Shown here: positions 12,811 to 24,812 of the stretch, one piece after another
Position numbering within the stretch: the stretch's first letter is position 1
Layout: the number at the start of each line of letters is the position of its first letter
NCBI RefSeq assembly: GCF_964213995.1
Contig: NC_135817.1
Location: forward strand, 72,912,001 to 72,976,000
DNA length: 64,000 nt
Reading direction: 5' to 3'
Source of the DNA: Mustelus asterias
Taxonomy: Eukaryota
The notes under the pieces: model-generated
What the model saw: the letters and a program-made list of their open reading frames with translations, nothing else
Database searches by the model: none
Told to the model about the DNA's origin: nothing
Program-made: the position numbers and the translations under genes

Positions 12811-13479
12811 AAAAGTCTTCATCTTCATAAGAATGTGCCTACTCTGTACACGATGAGCCATTGCCTCTTCGAAGGCCTCCCATTTTTCATTGACCGCTTT
12901 ATCCACAAGTCTCTGTTTCCAGGTCCACCTGGGTCAGGTCCTTTTACAGTTCATTAAAATCAGGCCTCCTCCAGTTCAGTATCTTCTCAAAATGGCAGAC
13001 ATGTTTTACTGTTCAAATGCCCACAGTTTTCATTGGCTACGCATATTGTTAATAATAATCCTGATGTTTTCAAACCTTTCTTTCTCACTGACAATTGTGT
13101 ACTCTGACTGGGTCAGGGCTGGAAACATGTGAATACCTGTGGCACTATGCTCGAAATCTATGGATTTGCTTCACATTTTGCAGAGGTGACATTGGAAACG
13201 GCAGCAAAGTGATGCTGTGGGCCCTTCAGCCACTTCTCGGAGCCATCACTTCCCCAACCTCACCACCACCAGGACCGACAGGTACGAACCTAACCCTATT
13301 TCTCTTCTGCTCACCCCTGTTACTAAGATGCATCCCATCTGGATCAGTGACTTTTCTACTTCGAGTGCAGCCAAACTATTAAACACATCCACTTGGATGT
13401 GGAAACGTGTGGAAGATGGTGACAGATCTCAGTATCCACGGTAATGGCCCCAGTTTATACAAGTGGAGAGAAATGGCTC

Positions 13480-13689
13480 AGTGGTGGGGGCCTGTAATGC
13501 GCTGCTGGGCAAGGTGGTGGAGGCGGACACACTGGGAACATTTAAGACTTATCTAGATAGCCACATGAACGGAGTGGGAATGGAGGGATACAAAAGAATG
13601 GTCTAGTTTGGACCAGGGAGCGGCGCGGGCTTGGAGGGCCGAAGGGCCTGTTCCTGTGCTGTATTGTTCTTTGTTCTTTTGTTCTTTTG
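13480..13689 (+). mobile_element. CR1 3' end with (TTCTTTG)n tail
   Basis: Near-identical to 54470-54670. Confidence 0.9.
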
Positions 13690-13890
13690 ATTTGATTTGA
13701 TTTATTATTGTCACCTGTATTAACATACAGTGAAAAGTATTGTTTCTTGCGCACTATACAGACAAAACATACCATTCATAGATAAGGAAACAAGAGAGTG
13801 CAGAATGTAGTGTTACAGTCATAGCTAGGGTGTAAAGAAAGATCAGCTTCATACAAGGTAGGTCTATTCAAACGTCTGACAGCAGCAGGA
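13690..13890 (-). mobile_element. Rex1/Babar 3' end with (TCAAA)n tail
   Basis: Matches 60903-61075, which is contiguous with the Rex1 ORF2 fragment at 61276-61548. Confidence 0.75.
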
Positions 13891-13899
13891 ATATTTCTG

Positions 13900-14640
13900 T
13901 CACATCTCTCAATCTTTTTTCCTCAAGTAAAACAGTCCCAACTTTGCGAATCTATTTTCCTAACTGAAGTTCCTCATCCCTGGGGACCATTCCCGTCAAT
14001 CTTTTCTGCATTCTCTCCAATGATTTCACATCCTTACTAAAATGCAGCGCCCAGAACTGGATGCAATACTCTGGCTGAGACTGAACTAGTATGCTATGCA
14101 AATTAATGCAGGTTAATACTTTGCAAGGGGGCGCCATGGTGGCACAGTGGTTAGCACTGCTGCCTCACAGTGCCAGGGACCTGGATTCGATTCCCGGCTT
14201 GGCTCACTGTCAGTGTGGAGTTTGCACATTCTCCCCGTGTCTGCGTGGGTTTCCTTCGGATGCTCCAGTTTCCTCCCACAGTCCAACGATGTACACAGCA
14301 GGTGGATTGGCTATGTTACATTCTGCCTCAGTGTACCCAAACGGGTGCTAGAGTGTGTTGATTAGGGGATTTTCACAGTAACTTCATTGCAGTGTTAATG
14401 TAAGCCTGCTTGTGACTAATAAATAAACTTTAACTTTAAATTCAGCATAATCTCTTTGATCTTGTACTCTATGCCCCTATTAATAAAGCTCAGGATGCTG
14501 TACACTTTATCAACTGTACTCTCAACCTGTCCTTCCACCTTCAATTATTATGCACATAAACAGCCAGATACCTTTGTTCCTGCACCCCCTTTAGAATTGT
14601 CACCATTATTTTACATTGTCTCTCCATGTTCTTCCTACCA
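13900..14640 (-). mobile_element. Old CR1 fragment interrupted by an HE1 SINE
   Basis: EYCIQFWALHFSKDVKSLERMQKRLT (13952-14090); resumes after 14440. Confidence 0.75.
14128..14440 (+). mobile_element. HE1-like SINE, tail B
   Basis: Full head GGTGGCACAGTGGTTAGCACTGCTGCC, V-type body, tail B ending AATAAATAAACTTTAACTTT. Confidence 0.9.
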
Positions 14641-15146
14641 ACATTCTAACTCTGAACGTGAAATTATAATGGGAAAGGAGATTTCTCCAAAGTTGTTGCT
14701 TTGTCGACTGGGTACTTTATATGGAGTGCTTTACCCTGTCTATGCATCCAATTATATATCCTGCAAGATGCTTGGCTCTTCAGATTTGATGGAAGTGAAT
14801 AAGAGTTTCTGAAAGAAAAATGCTTGAAAGGCAAACTGCCTTGATTTATTTAAATGGAGAGGGGTTTTCCCGAGAATCACGCACACATCCCATACTTGAA
14901 AGTCCCGGTAGTTTGAATTTCCATGGAAGCTGTCAGGTTATTTCAGCACTTTCCCGTTGCCCAGCATCGAAGCACACAAATAGTGAGCGATAGAACGATT
15001 AGGGCATTAGGGCCAAATACCTGAACCATACGGACTTCAAGCACAACCCAACACTGGGGCCATTGGCTCACTGCACAGAAACAAAAGCTGGATTGAAAAG
15101 AACACAGTAAGAAGTTTAACAACATCAAACTTCTTACTGTGTTTAC

Positions 15147-15511
15147 TGTGGTGAACCATTGTTGGTTCCCACCAGGTAGTGCTGAGCCAGGGTCTGGCCA
15201 GTACTATGAGTCTGTATATATGTTACTGTTGGGGTTAGGGTTGGGCTGTACTACATGTTACTGTTGGGGTTAGGGTTGGGCTGTTCTACATGTTACTGTT
15301 GGGGTTAGGGTTGGGCTGTTCTACCAGTAATATAGTTCTTATGGTACATCCCAGTCGGGCTCCGCCTCCTGGGAGAGGTATAAAGGTCACTGCTCTGTCT
15401 GGGACCCTTTAGTCTGGGATCGTGTATTATATATGGTAGCTCTATTGTTGTAGTCAATAAAAGCCTTTATTTCCCCGAGACTCTTAGCCTCGTGAGTTAT
15501 ATCGCGCATCA
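15147..15511 (+). mobile_element. Solo LTR (Gypsy-like), 365 bp
   Basis: TG...CA ends, 5-bp TSD TTTAC (15142-15146 and 15512-15516), TATA (GGTATAAAG about 15378), AATAAA about 15456. Confidence 0.9.
15220..15324 (+). repeat. 3 x 34-bp G-rich tandem repeat inside the LTR
   Basis: ATGTTACTGTTGGGGTTAGGGTTGGGCTGT(A/T)CTAC repeated three times. Confidence 0.9.
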
Positions 15512-16086
15512 TTTACCCCAACGCCGGCATCTCCACATCTTGAAAAGAACAGACATCAACTCGTATCTACTTTAAGAAATGTAAAATGCAAAAAAGGATT
15601 TTTTTTCTGACTTTGTCAGTCAGATATTTTGGTGCTAAATTATTTAAATTATTTATAATTATATATATATATATATGTGCATTGGAACTTAAATATATTT
15701 TCCTTATCTCCTTCAAAAGCAGCTAAATTGGCAGCATAAATTATTCAAAAGCTGAAGGAATCATCTTTTTAAAGATTCTCAAGAGGACTCAATCCCAGAG
15801 AAAACCCTCCAGAGAAATGTTCTGTGATTTTGTATTTAAGATTCAATTAGGTCAGCGAAGCCTCTTCTCCCTCTCTGTACTTTAAATTAGATCATTCGAA
15901 TCCTATTCACTTGAATGCGATCACGAGTCTTGAATCTCCCCCTTTACAGGAATGTAACATTTATCTTTGATACTTTAGGGATCACGTCAAATGTATCGGT
16001 CATCATCCAGATGGACTCATAAGGCTCAAGCCTAGAATCCTGCAACCCAGGAGTTAACACTGGTCCCCAGTCACATTTCATACAAT

Positions 16087-16405
16087 CCATAGAATCCCTA
16101 TAGTGCAGAAGGACGTCATTCGGCCCATCGAGTCTGCACCGACCACAATCCCACCCAAGCCCCCATAACCCCATGTATTTACCCTCGCTAGTCCCCCTGA
16201 CACTAAGGGGCAATTTAGCATGACCAATCCACCTTACCCACACATCTTTGGAGTGTGGGGGGAAACCGGAGCACCCGGAGGAAACCCACGCAGACACAGG
16301 GAGAACGTGTAAACTCCACATAGACAGTGACCCAAGCTGGGAATCGAACCCGGGTCCCTGGCGCTGTGAGGCAGCAGTGCTAACCACTGTGCCACCGTGC
16401 CGCCC
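16087..16405 (-). mobile_element. HE1-like SINE, tail A (HER1/CR1-type)
   Basis: Full head and body, ending GACTCGATGGGCCGAATG..GGGATTCTATG. Confidence 0.92.
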
Positions 16406-17134
16406 TAATTTCAAGAAGTCAAAGTGAACCAGATACATCTACAAACTCCAAGAGAGTTAAGGAAAATGGGAAATTTCCCAAAATCTCAACCCACGGGAAT
16501 AAACTCTGAAGAAATGTGATTCTCCAAGTACTGACCCCATTCCAATCGCAAAAATCACATTCAGCAATAAAGTGTTGCTTTGCACCAATCGATCGATTGT
16601 GTTGCTCCCAAGCAAGGACTGATCCACCTCGATACTCTTCATTCTCCACACACACAGAACTAAGTACAGCTCCCATATGCAATCTTTTAATAGGTGATCC
16701 AGATAGAACAGTCTGTAGCATTGTGAAGGAGAATGCTCGCACTGTTTCTTATCTGAGACCTACCCCGCCTAGCAGCCACTACATTACATTTTGACCTGGT
16801 AAAACTGTCTTCTTTCGCCTAACATAAAGATCCTAAATCCTCGCTGACATTCTCCCCCTCCTCTCTGCAGCCTCACTCTATAGGATTCAAGGCTCTTTAT
16901 ACACTTTTTCACTCTGGCTCATTCACCCCAGGCACCTCAGAACTGTGAAGTTTGCATCTTCCTCAGCCCTCCTTCCTCCCAAAATGTAATTTTTCTGCAA
17001 CCAACAAACTTTGAACTGCAGTCACTATTACAAAATAGAAAAGCATAGCAAGCTCCCACAGTCAGCAGTGTAATAAATAACCAGGTAACCTGCCTTTTAG
17101 CTTTTGGCTGAAGTATAAATGATTTTTAAAAAAT

Positions 17135-17475
17135 TTATTCGTGGGACATGGGCGTCGCTGGCTGGGCCAACATTTATTGCCCATCCCTAGTTGCCCCAAG
17201 GCAGTTGAGAGTCAACCACATTGCTGTGGCTCTGGAGTCACATATAGGTCAGACCAGGTAAGGATGGCAGATTTCCTTCCCTCAAGGACATTTGTGAACC
17301 AGATGGATTTTTCCGACAATCAACAATGGTTTCATGGTCATCAGTAGATTCTTAATTCCAGATATTTTTAATTGAATTCCAATTCCACCACCTGTCGTGG
17401 CGGGATTCGAACCCAGGTCCCCAGAACATTAGCTGAGTTTCTGGATTAATAGTCTGGCGATAATACCACTAGGCC
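17135..17475 (-). mobile_element. tRNA-derived SINE family 2, full length
   Basis: A-box CCTAGTGG, B-box GGTTCGAATCCC, LINE-shared tail. Confidence 0.85.
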
Positions 17476-17562
17476 CCTTAGCTGAGGTGCCAGTTGGATT
17501 CCCCTCCTTCAGCTAGTATGGGATCTTTCATACTCACCTGAGAGGAAAGGCCTGGCCTGAGT

Positions 17563-17805
17563 TTAAAGTTTATTTATTAGTCACAAGTAAGGCTTACTTG
17601 TACAATGAGGTTACTGTAAAATTCCCCTAGTCGCCACATTCCGATGCCTGTTCGGGTCAATGCACCTAACCAGCTTGTCTTTCAGACTGTGGAAGGAAAC
17701 CGGAGCACCCGGAGGAAACCCACGCAGACAGTGACCCAAGCCGGGAATCGAACTCGGGTCCCTGGCGCTGTGAGGCAGCAGTGCTAACCACCGTGCCACC
17801 GTGCC
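17563..17805 (-). mobile_element. HE1-like SINE, tail B
   Basis: Head at 17805-17750, tail B at 17563-17640. Confidence 0.88.
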
Positions 17806-18244
17806 ATCCTAAGTTTAACATTTGATATGGAAGATACATCTCCCAAAATGTGACATTCTCTCAGTATTGCACTGAAAAGTTAACCTTAATTCTCAGAATT
17901 GTTTTGTGCCATGATCTCCTAGAATTTGTTCAGAACCAGTTCCTGGACTGATATGTTTTGGAGCCATCGAGGGATAAGGCTATTTTCAGTAGGTTGAGTA
18001 ACAAACCAGAGTCGGTTCACAAACTGGCTGGAAGATATCTTGCACTTTAATCATAATCTGGTTGAATTGTATGTTGTGTTTGAATTGGAGAAGCAAGCGT
18101 TGCAGCTTTTAGATTTAAATAAGGGAACCGCAAAGAGTGAAAAACAATTTAATCGCAGTAAACTGGTACATCTAAACATTGGGAGGCACTCAGAAAAACT
18201 CTTGATTCAATGAAAAGAAAAACAAATAAACAGTCCACGCTAAT

Positions 18245-18780
18245 CACCTCCATTCCAGAGGACATTTGAGAGTCAACCACAGCGCTGCGGGCCTGGAGTT
18301 ACACGTAGGCCAGACCAGGTAAGGACGGCAGATTTCCTTCCCTAAAGGGCATTGGTGAACCAGAGGGGTATTTACAATAATTAGTCCCTGTCTGTGAGGA
18401 ATTTCATCCACATTCTCCTCATATCTGTCGTGGGTTTCCTTTGGGTTGTCTGGTTTCCTTCCACAGTCCAAAGGTGTGCAGGATAGGTTGATTGGCCATC
18501 CTAAATTGACTCTAGTATCAGGGGGACTAGCAGGGTAAATATTGGCATTATGGGAATAGGGCCTGTGTGGGATTGTGGTCAGTGCAGACTCAATGGGCCG
18601 AATGGCCTCCTTCTGCACTGTCGGCGTACTATACTATGATTAGACTTTTAATTCCAGATTTTTATTGAGTTCAAATTTCACCATCTGCCATGGTGGGATT
18701 CGAACCCAGGTCCCCAGATCTTGCCCTGGGTCTCTGGATTACTAGCCCAGTGACAATACCACTATGCCACCACCTCCCCT
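18245..18780 (-). mobile_element. SINE family 2, interrupted by an HE1 copy (+ strand, 18385-18640)
   Basis: Family-2 body at 18245-18380, head at 18641-18780; HE1 tail A in between. Confidence 0.75.
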
Positions 18781-18789
18781 AAAAATTTA

Positions 18790-19430
18790 TAAACAAAAGC
18801 CAGGACACATTTGTTAAAGTCAAATCATGTCTGATGGAGTTCTCTGTTGAAGTAACAGAGAGTGTTGATGGTGTACAATTAGGGGGGATTTTTCAGCCCT
18901 TCCCACCAACATCTTCCAGTCCAGCTGAAGTCAGCCTCTCCATGCAAATTGCCTCTGACTCTGGGAGGGTTGGAAGATCCCACTTTTGGCCAATGGTGAG
19001 CCACCTCCGTCATGAGAAAACCTGCCTGTGAGGGTGGCTGGAAAATTCCAGCCTTAAATTTTCAAAAGGCGCTTGATAAACTACCACAGAAAAAGCTTAC
19101 TGGCAAAATCAAACCCAATTTGCCTAGACCTTGGTTTACAGGGCACAGTGTGAAAACTTGTGGATGATGTGGAACTTGGAAGCATTGTGAACTGTGAGGA
19201 GGATAGTGCAGAACATCGGAAAGACATAGACAGGTTGGTAAAATAGGTAGACAGCTGGCAGATGGCATTTAGAAGTGTGAAGTGATTCATTTGAAAAGGA
19301 AGATTGTGCAGGGCTAGGTGGTGAAGGTGGGGGAGTGGCACTAGGTAACTTGCTCCCGAGGAGAGGCTATGCAGACATGATGGGCCAAATGGTTTCCTTC
19401 TGCACTGTCACAATTCTCTAATTCTGAGAT
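18790..19430 (+). mobile_element. Old CR1 remnant
   Basis: KSCLMEF..VDGV..FQKALDK-like RT motif and a CR1 3'UTR near 19370-19425. Confidence 0.65.
18882..19053. mobile_element. Short TIR element (PIF/Harbinger-like MITE)
   Basis: Imperfect TIRs GGGGGGATTTTTCAGCC / GGCTGGAAAATTCCAGCC, flanked by a TTA duplication; interrupts a CR1 RT motif. Confidence 0.6.
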
Positions 19431-20088
19431 TCTTTGGCCAGGATTTTACGCTCCCCGACAGCTGGGTTTTTAGAGGGAGGGGGAAATTGAAGGAATGGGA
19501 TCCCCTCCAGGTCCCCGTCCACTATGACCAAGCAGCACTTTCATGTTGGGGTGGGCAAAGTCATTATTGACCACGTCAGGGCCGTTCCCTGTCCATTTCC
19601 ATTATGAGGTGGCAGGAAGATTGACCTTACATGGAGGAGGGCCAAAAATCAATGGACTTAGATTTCAGGTGGGACGGGGGTTGGGATGCTTCCATTAGAA
19701 GCCCCCTTCTAGTGTCAGGTGCCCCCATTTAAGGTCCAGTTGCCTCTGGACCTCACCCCACCCCTGGACCGCTATACTGAGGCCACAATTGCCCCACTTC
19801 GTGTCCCCCTAGGCCTTCCCTGCACTCCTCATCCTGGGACCTCTTGAACTTACTTTGGCCTCCAGAGGCTGGACTTAGTCTCAGATGTCCTTATGCAAGT
19901 CCTCCAGTCCACTGCAGCTCTGATCACTGCAGGCACTTGAGAGCTACCGTCCAATCAGATTGGACGACGCTCTCAAGTGAGGGGTATAAGTTCTGCCTGC
20001 AGCCGCCTAATGCTCATCCAGGGTGAAGTGTGTGTGGGGTACTCAGAGTGAGTGGGCCCACCATATGAAAAACTCAGGCCTATGAGTG

Positions 20089-20268
20089 CCGGCTTGGGTC
20101 GCTGTCTGTGTGGAGTTTGCACGTTTCCCCCGTGTCTGCATGGGTTTCATCCGAGTGCTCCGGTTTCCTCCCACAGTTCAAAGATGTTCAGGTTAGGTGG
20201 ATTGGCCATGGTAAATTGCCCCTTAGTGTCAGGGAGAGTAGCTCGGGTAAATGCATGGGGTTATGGTT
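20089..20268 (+). mobile_element. HE1-like SINE, internal fragment
   Basis: CCGGCTTGGGTCGCTGTCTGTGTGGAGTTTGCACG.. V-type body. Confidence 0.8.
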
Positions 20269-20289
20269 ATTGGAGGTTAATTGTATGTC

Positions 20290-20840
20290 TCAGTCCCAAG
20301 ACTGCAGGAGTTCCTCAGGACATTCCTGGCCCAACCATCTTCAACTGCTTCATCAATGACCTTCCTTCCACCATAAGGTCAGAAGTGGGGAAGTAACAGG
20401 TGCCAACATGCAGCACATCTTGGATAATATTCAGGTTTGGGCTTTTAGATGGCAAGTAACATTTGTGCCAAGCAAGTGCCAGGCAATGACCATCTCCAAC
20501 AAGAGGGAATCTAACCATCTCCACTTGACCTTCAAAGACATTACCATTGCTGTATCTTCCACTATCAACATCCCGGGGGAATACCATTGACTAGAAACTA
20601 AACTGGATCAGTCATATAAACACTGTGGTTACAAGAACGGATCAAAAGCAAAGAATTCAGAGGTGATTAATTCACCTTCTGGCTCCCCAAAGCCTCTCCA
20701 CCATCTAACAGGACACAAGTCAGGAGTGTGATGGAATACTCTCCATTTGTCTGTCTGAGAGTAGCTCCAACAACACTCAAGAAGTTTGACACCAATCGGG
20801 ACAAAACTTGTTCGGCACCCCAAACACCACTGATGCACAG
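20290..20840 (+). mobile_element. CR1/L2-group LINE RT fragment
   Basis: AGVPQD..GPTIFNCFINDLPSTIRSEVG; WQVTFVPSKCQAMTI. Confidence 0.8.
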
Positions 20841-21699
20841 TCAAATGAATATTTCATTTCTGTCTTCACAATAGAAGTCACAGATTACGTGTCAGAAGTA
20901 GTGGGTGACCAAGGTGTAGTAATTAATTTCAGTAGACAGAAATGTGTGTAGAAACATATGGGATTAAAAGCCAACAAATTGTCAGGATCAAATGGCCCAA
21001 ATCCTACACTTCTATAAGATTTAACTGCAGGGATAGTGAACGCAAGTCCCCGAGAATCTAGATTGGTTTCACTGGCTTGAAAGTTATCAAATGTAACAGT
21101 AAAAAAGGAGCGGAAGAGAAAACTGGGAACTGCAGGCCAGTTAGCCCGATGTCAGTTGTTGGGAAAATGCTGGAATCTATAATTAAGGACATCTTAATAA
21201 TGCATTGTGAAAGTCATAGAATGATCAGACAGAGTCAACATGATTTCATGAAGGAAAATGCGTTTAGCAAATTTATTAGAGTTTTTGCAGGTTGTTACGA
21301 GTGGTTTAATAAAGGGGAGACAGTCGATGTAATACACTTGGACTTTCAAAGAGACATTTGAGAAAGTGACACGTGAAGGGCAATACGCCAGTCAAGGGCT
21401 CATGGAATTGTGGCAATATATTAACTTGGATAGAGGATTAGTTGATGGGCAGCAAGCAAAGGGTTTCGATAAATGAAGCATTTTCAAGTTGTCAGGCTGT
21501 AACTTGTAGAGTGCTGCATGGATCAGTGCTGGGACCTCAGCTATTTATAATATTAATGACTTAGACAAAGAGAGCAAGGGTAAAGTATTCAAGTTCGCTG
21601 ATGATACAAAGCGAGGTGAGAATGTAAGTTGCGAGGCCACAAAGAGACAGACAGGTGAAGTGAGTGGGCAGTGATGTGGCAAATGGAGGATAATGTAGT

Positions 21700-21897
21700 T
21701 CATAGAATCCCTACAGTGCAGATGGAGGCCATTCGGCCCATCGAATCTGCGCCTGCAAACATCCTACCCTGGCCCTAACCCCAAAACCCCACATATTTAC
21801 CTCACTAATCCCTCTAATCCATGCATCCCGGGAATCCCAAGCCAGGAATCGAACCCAGGACCCTAGAGCTGTGAGGCAGCAGTGCTAACCACTGTGC
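21700..21897 (-). mobile_element. HE1-like SINE, tail A, internally deleted
   Basis: Head and tail present, middle missing. Confidence 0.8.
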
Positions 21898-22417
21898 AAG
21901 TGTGAGTTCATTCACTTTGGTATTAGTGCTGATTACAAAGCAGAATACTTTTTAAAAGGCATGAAGCTTCGAAATGTTGATGTTCAAAGAGACTTGAGTG
22001 TACCTGTACAGGAAATGCAGAAAGTCAGCATGCAGATACAGCAAGCAATGAGAAAGGCCAAAGGAATATTGGCCTTCATTACGAGTATTGGAATACAAGC
22101 ATAAAGAAGTCTTGCTACATTTGTATGAAACTTTAGTGCGACAATACAGCAAAAGTTCAGTCAACTGACCCCTGGGAAGAGAGAGTTGTTCTATGAGAAA
22201 AAACTGAATAAATTTGGCCTATATTTGGCCTGGAGAATGAGAGGTGATCTCATTGAAACATACAAGATGCTGAAGGGGCTTGACAGGGTAGAGGTTCTTT
22301 CCCCTGGCTGGGGAATATAGTCATGATGTGGAGAAGCCGGCGTTGGACTGGGGTAAACACAGTAAGAAGTCTAACAACACCAGGTTAAAGTCCGACAGGT
22401 TTATTTGGTAGCAAACG

Positions 22418-22456
22418 CCACTAGCTTTCGGAGTGTGCTGCTCCTTCGTCAGGTGG
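22418..22456 (-). ncRNA. Minimal type-I hammerhead ribozyme motif
   Basis: Reverse complement: CCAC CTGACGA A GGAG-CAGCACA-CTCC GAAA G CTA GTGG. Confidence 0.75.
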
Positions 22457-22737
22457 AGTGGGAGATATGCTCACGAATAGGACATACAGAGACACAAACT
22501 CAATTTACAGAATAATGAATGGAATGCTAATCAAGCTAATCAATGCTAATATAGCTAATCAAGTCTTAAAGGTACAGACAATGTGAGTGGAGAGAGCATT
22601 AAGCGCAGGTTAAAGAGATGTGTATTGTCTCCAGCCAGGACAGCCAGTGAGATTTTGCAAGTCCAGGGAAGTTGTGGGGGTTACAAATAGTGTGACATGA
22701 ACCCAAGATTCCGGTTGAGGCCGTCTTCATGTGTGCA

Positions 22738-23517
22738 AATTGGATTATTATCTAAATGGAAAGAAATTACAACATGCTGCTGTGCAGAGGGACCTGGGGG
22801 TCCTTATGCATGAGACGCAAAAAACCCAGTCTGTAGGTGCAACAGGTGATCAAGAAGGCAAATGGGATGTTGGCCTATATCGCAAGGGGATAGAATATAA
22901 AAGCAGAGATGTCTTGCTGCATCTGTACAGGGCATTGGTGAGGCCGCAGCTGGAATATTGTGTGCAGTATTGGTCCCCTTATTTGCGGAAGAATATATTG
23001 GCATTGGAGGGAGTGCAGAGAAGGTTCACCAGGTTGATACCAGAGATGAGGGGTGTTGATTATGAGGAGAGACTGAGCAGATTGGGTTTGTACTCGTTGG
23101 AATTTAGAAGGTTGAGGGGGGATCTTATAGAGACCTATAAGATAATGAAGGGGCTGGATGGGGTAGAGGTGGAGAGATCCTTTCCACTTAGAAAGGAAAC
23201 TAGAACTAGAGGGCACAGCCTCAAAATAAAGGGGGGTCAGTTTAGGACAGAGTTGAGGAGGAACTTCTTCTCTCAGAGGGTGGTGAATCTCTGGAATTCT
23301 CTGCCCACTGAAGTAGTGGAGGCTACCTCGTTGAATATGTTTAAATTACGGATAGATGGATTCCTGATCGGTAAGGGAATTAGGGGTTATAGGGATCAGG
23401 CGGGTAAGTGGAACTGATCCACTTCAGATCAACCATGATCTTATTGAATGGCGGGGCAGGCTCGAGGGGCTAGATGGCCTACTCCTGCTCCTATTTCTTA
23501 TGTTCTTATGTTCTTAT
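22738..23517 (+). mobile_element. Young CR1 3' fragment inserted in the PLE left arm
   Basis: ORF 22731-23417 with LYRALVRPQLEYCVQYWSP..FFSQRVVNLWNSLP; (TTCTTATG)n tail; short TGTGCA duplication. Confidence 0.92.
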
Positions 23518-23812
23518 GTGCAGAACTTGTCTTCAGTTTCTGCTCAGCGAAACCATGCAGATGCTACGACAACGGATGAATGAATACCGCTCGACAATCA
23601 CCAGGCAAGACTGTTCTCTTCCTGTTGGGGAGCACTTCAGCGGTCACAGGCATTCGGCCTCTGATCTTCAGGTAAGCGTCCTCCAAGGCGGCCTTCACGA
23701 CACACGACAGTGCAGAGTCGCTGAGCAGAAACTGATAGCCAAGTTCCGCACACATGAGGACGGCCTCAACCGGGACCTTGGGTTCATGTCACATTATCTG
23801 TAACCCCCACAA

Positions 23813-24553
23813 CAAAGAACAAAGAACAAAGAACAGTACAGCACAGGAAACAGGCCCTTCAGCCCTCCAAGCCTGTGCCGCTCCTTGGTCCAACTAGACC
23901 AATCGTTTGTATCCCTCCATTCCCAGGCTGCTCATGTGACTATCCAGGTAAGTCTTAAACGATGTCAGCGTGCCTGCCTCCACCACCCTACTTGGCAGCG
24001 CATTCCAGGCCCCCACCACCCTCTGTGTAAAAAACGTCCCTCTGATGTCTGAGTTATACTTCGCCCCTCTCAGCTTGAGCCCGTGACCCCTCGTGATCGT
24101 CACCTCCGACCTGGGAAAAAGCTTCCCACTGTTCACCCTATCTATACCCTTCATAATCTTGTATACCTCTATTAGATCTCCCCTCATTCTCCGTCTTTCC
24201 AAGGAGAACAACCCCAGTCTACCCAATCTCTCCTCATAGCTAAGACCCTCCATACCAGGCAACATCCTGGTAAACCTTCTCTGCACTCTCTCCAATGCCT
24301 CCACGTCCTTCTGGTAGTGCGGCGACCAGAACTGGACGCAGTACTCCAAATGCGGCCTAACCAGCGTTCTATAAAGCTGCATCATCAGACTCCAGCTTTT
24401 ATACTCTATACCCCGTCCTATAAAGGCAAGCATACCATATGCCTTCTTCACCACCTTCTCCACCTGTGTTGCCACCTTCAAGGATTTGTGGACTTGCACA
24501 CCTAGGTCCCTCTGTGTTTCTATACTCCTGATGACTCTGCCATTTATTGTATA
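23813..24553 (-). mobile_element. Young CR1 3' fragment inserted in the PLE right arm
   Basis: Open ORF2 C-terminus (LVRPHLEYCVQFWSPHYQKD); (TTCTTTG)n tail; ACAAC duplication. Confidence 0.92.
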
Positions 24554-24773
24554 ACAACTTGCCTGGACTTGCAAAATCTCACTGGCTGTCCTGTCTGGAG
24601 ACAATATACATCTCTTTAACCTGTGCTTAATGCTCTCTCCACTCACATTGTCTGTACCTTTAAGATTTGATTAGCTGTATTAGCATTGATTAGCTTGATT
24701 AGCATTCCATTCATTATTCTGTAAATTGAGTTTGTGTCTCTGTATTCCCTGTTTGTGAGCATATCTCCCACTC

Positions 24774-24812
24774 CCACCTGATGAAGGAGCAGCAAGCTCC
24801 GAAAGCTAGTGG
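24774..24812 (+). ncRNA. Minimal type-I hammerhead ribozyme motif
   Basis: CCAC CTGATGA A GGAGC-AGCAA-GCTCC GAAA G CTA GTGG. Confidence 0.8.

Larger units (their letters stand above)
15105..15539. mobile_element. Minimal fold-back Penelope-like terminus, interrupted by a solo LTR
   Basis: CAGTAAGAAGTTT..AAACTTCTTACTGTGTTTAC[LTR]CCCAACGCCGGCATCTCCACATC; 12-bp TSD TTGAAAAGAACA at 15093-15104 and 15540-15551. Confidence 0.8.
17020..17885 (-). mobile_element. Old Deu-SINE interrupted by two younger SINEs
   Basis: CATAGCAAGCTCCCACA (reverse-complement Deu core) at about 17045; resumes near 17480 and 17810. Confidence 0.55.

Noticed and set aside
15225-15320. Interstitial telomere
   Set aside because: Only single TTAGGG hexamers within a 34-bp LTR repeat, not a (TTAGGG)n array.
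15944-16438. Recurrent ORFs such as MVSTAASQRQGPGFDSRLGSLSVWSLH and GTVAQWLALLPHS
   Set aside because: They are translations of the HE1 SINE, not genes.
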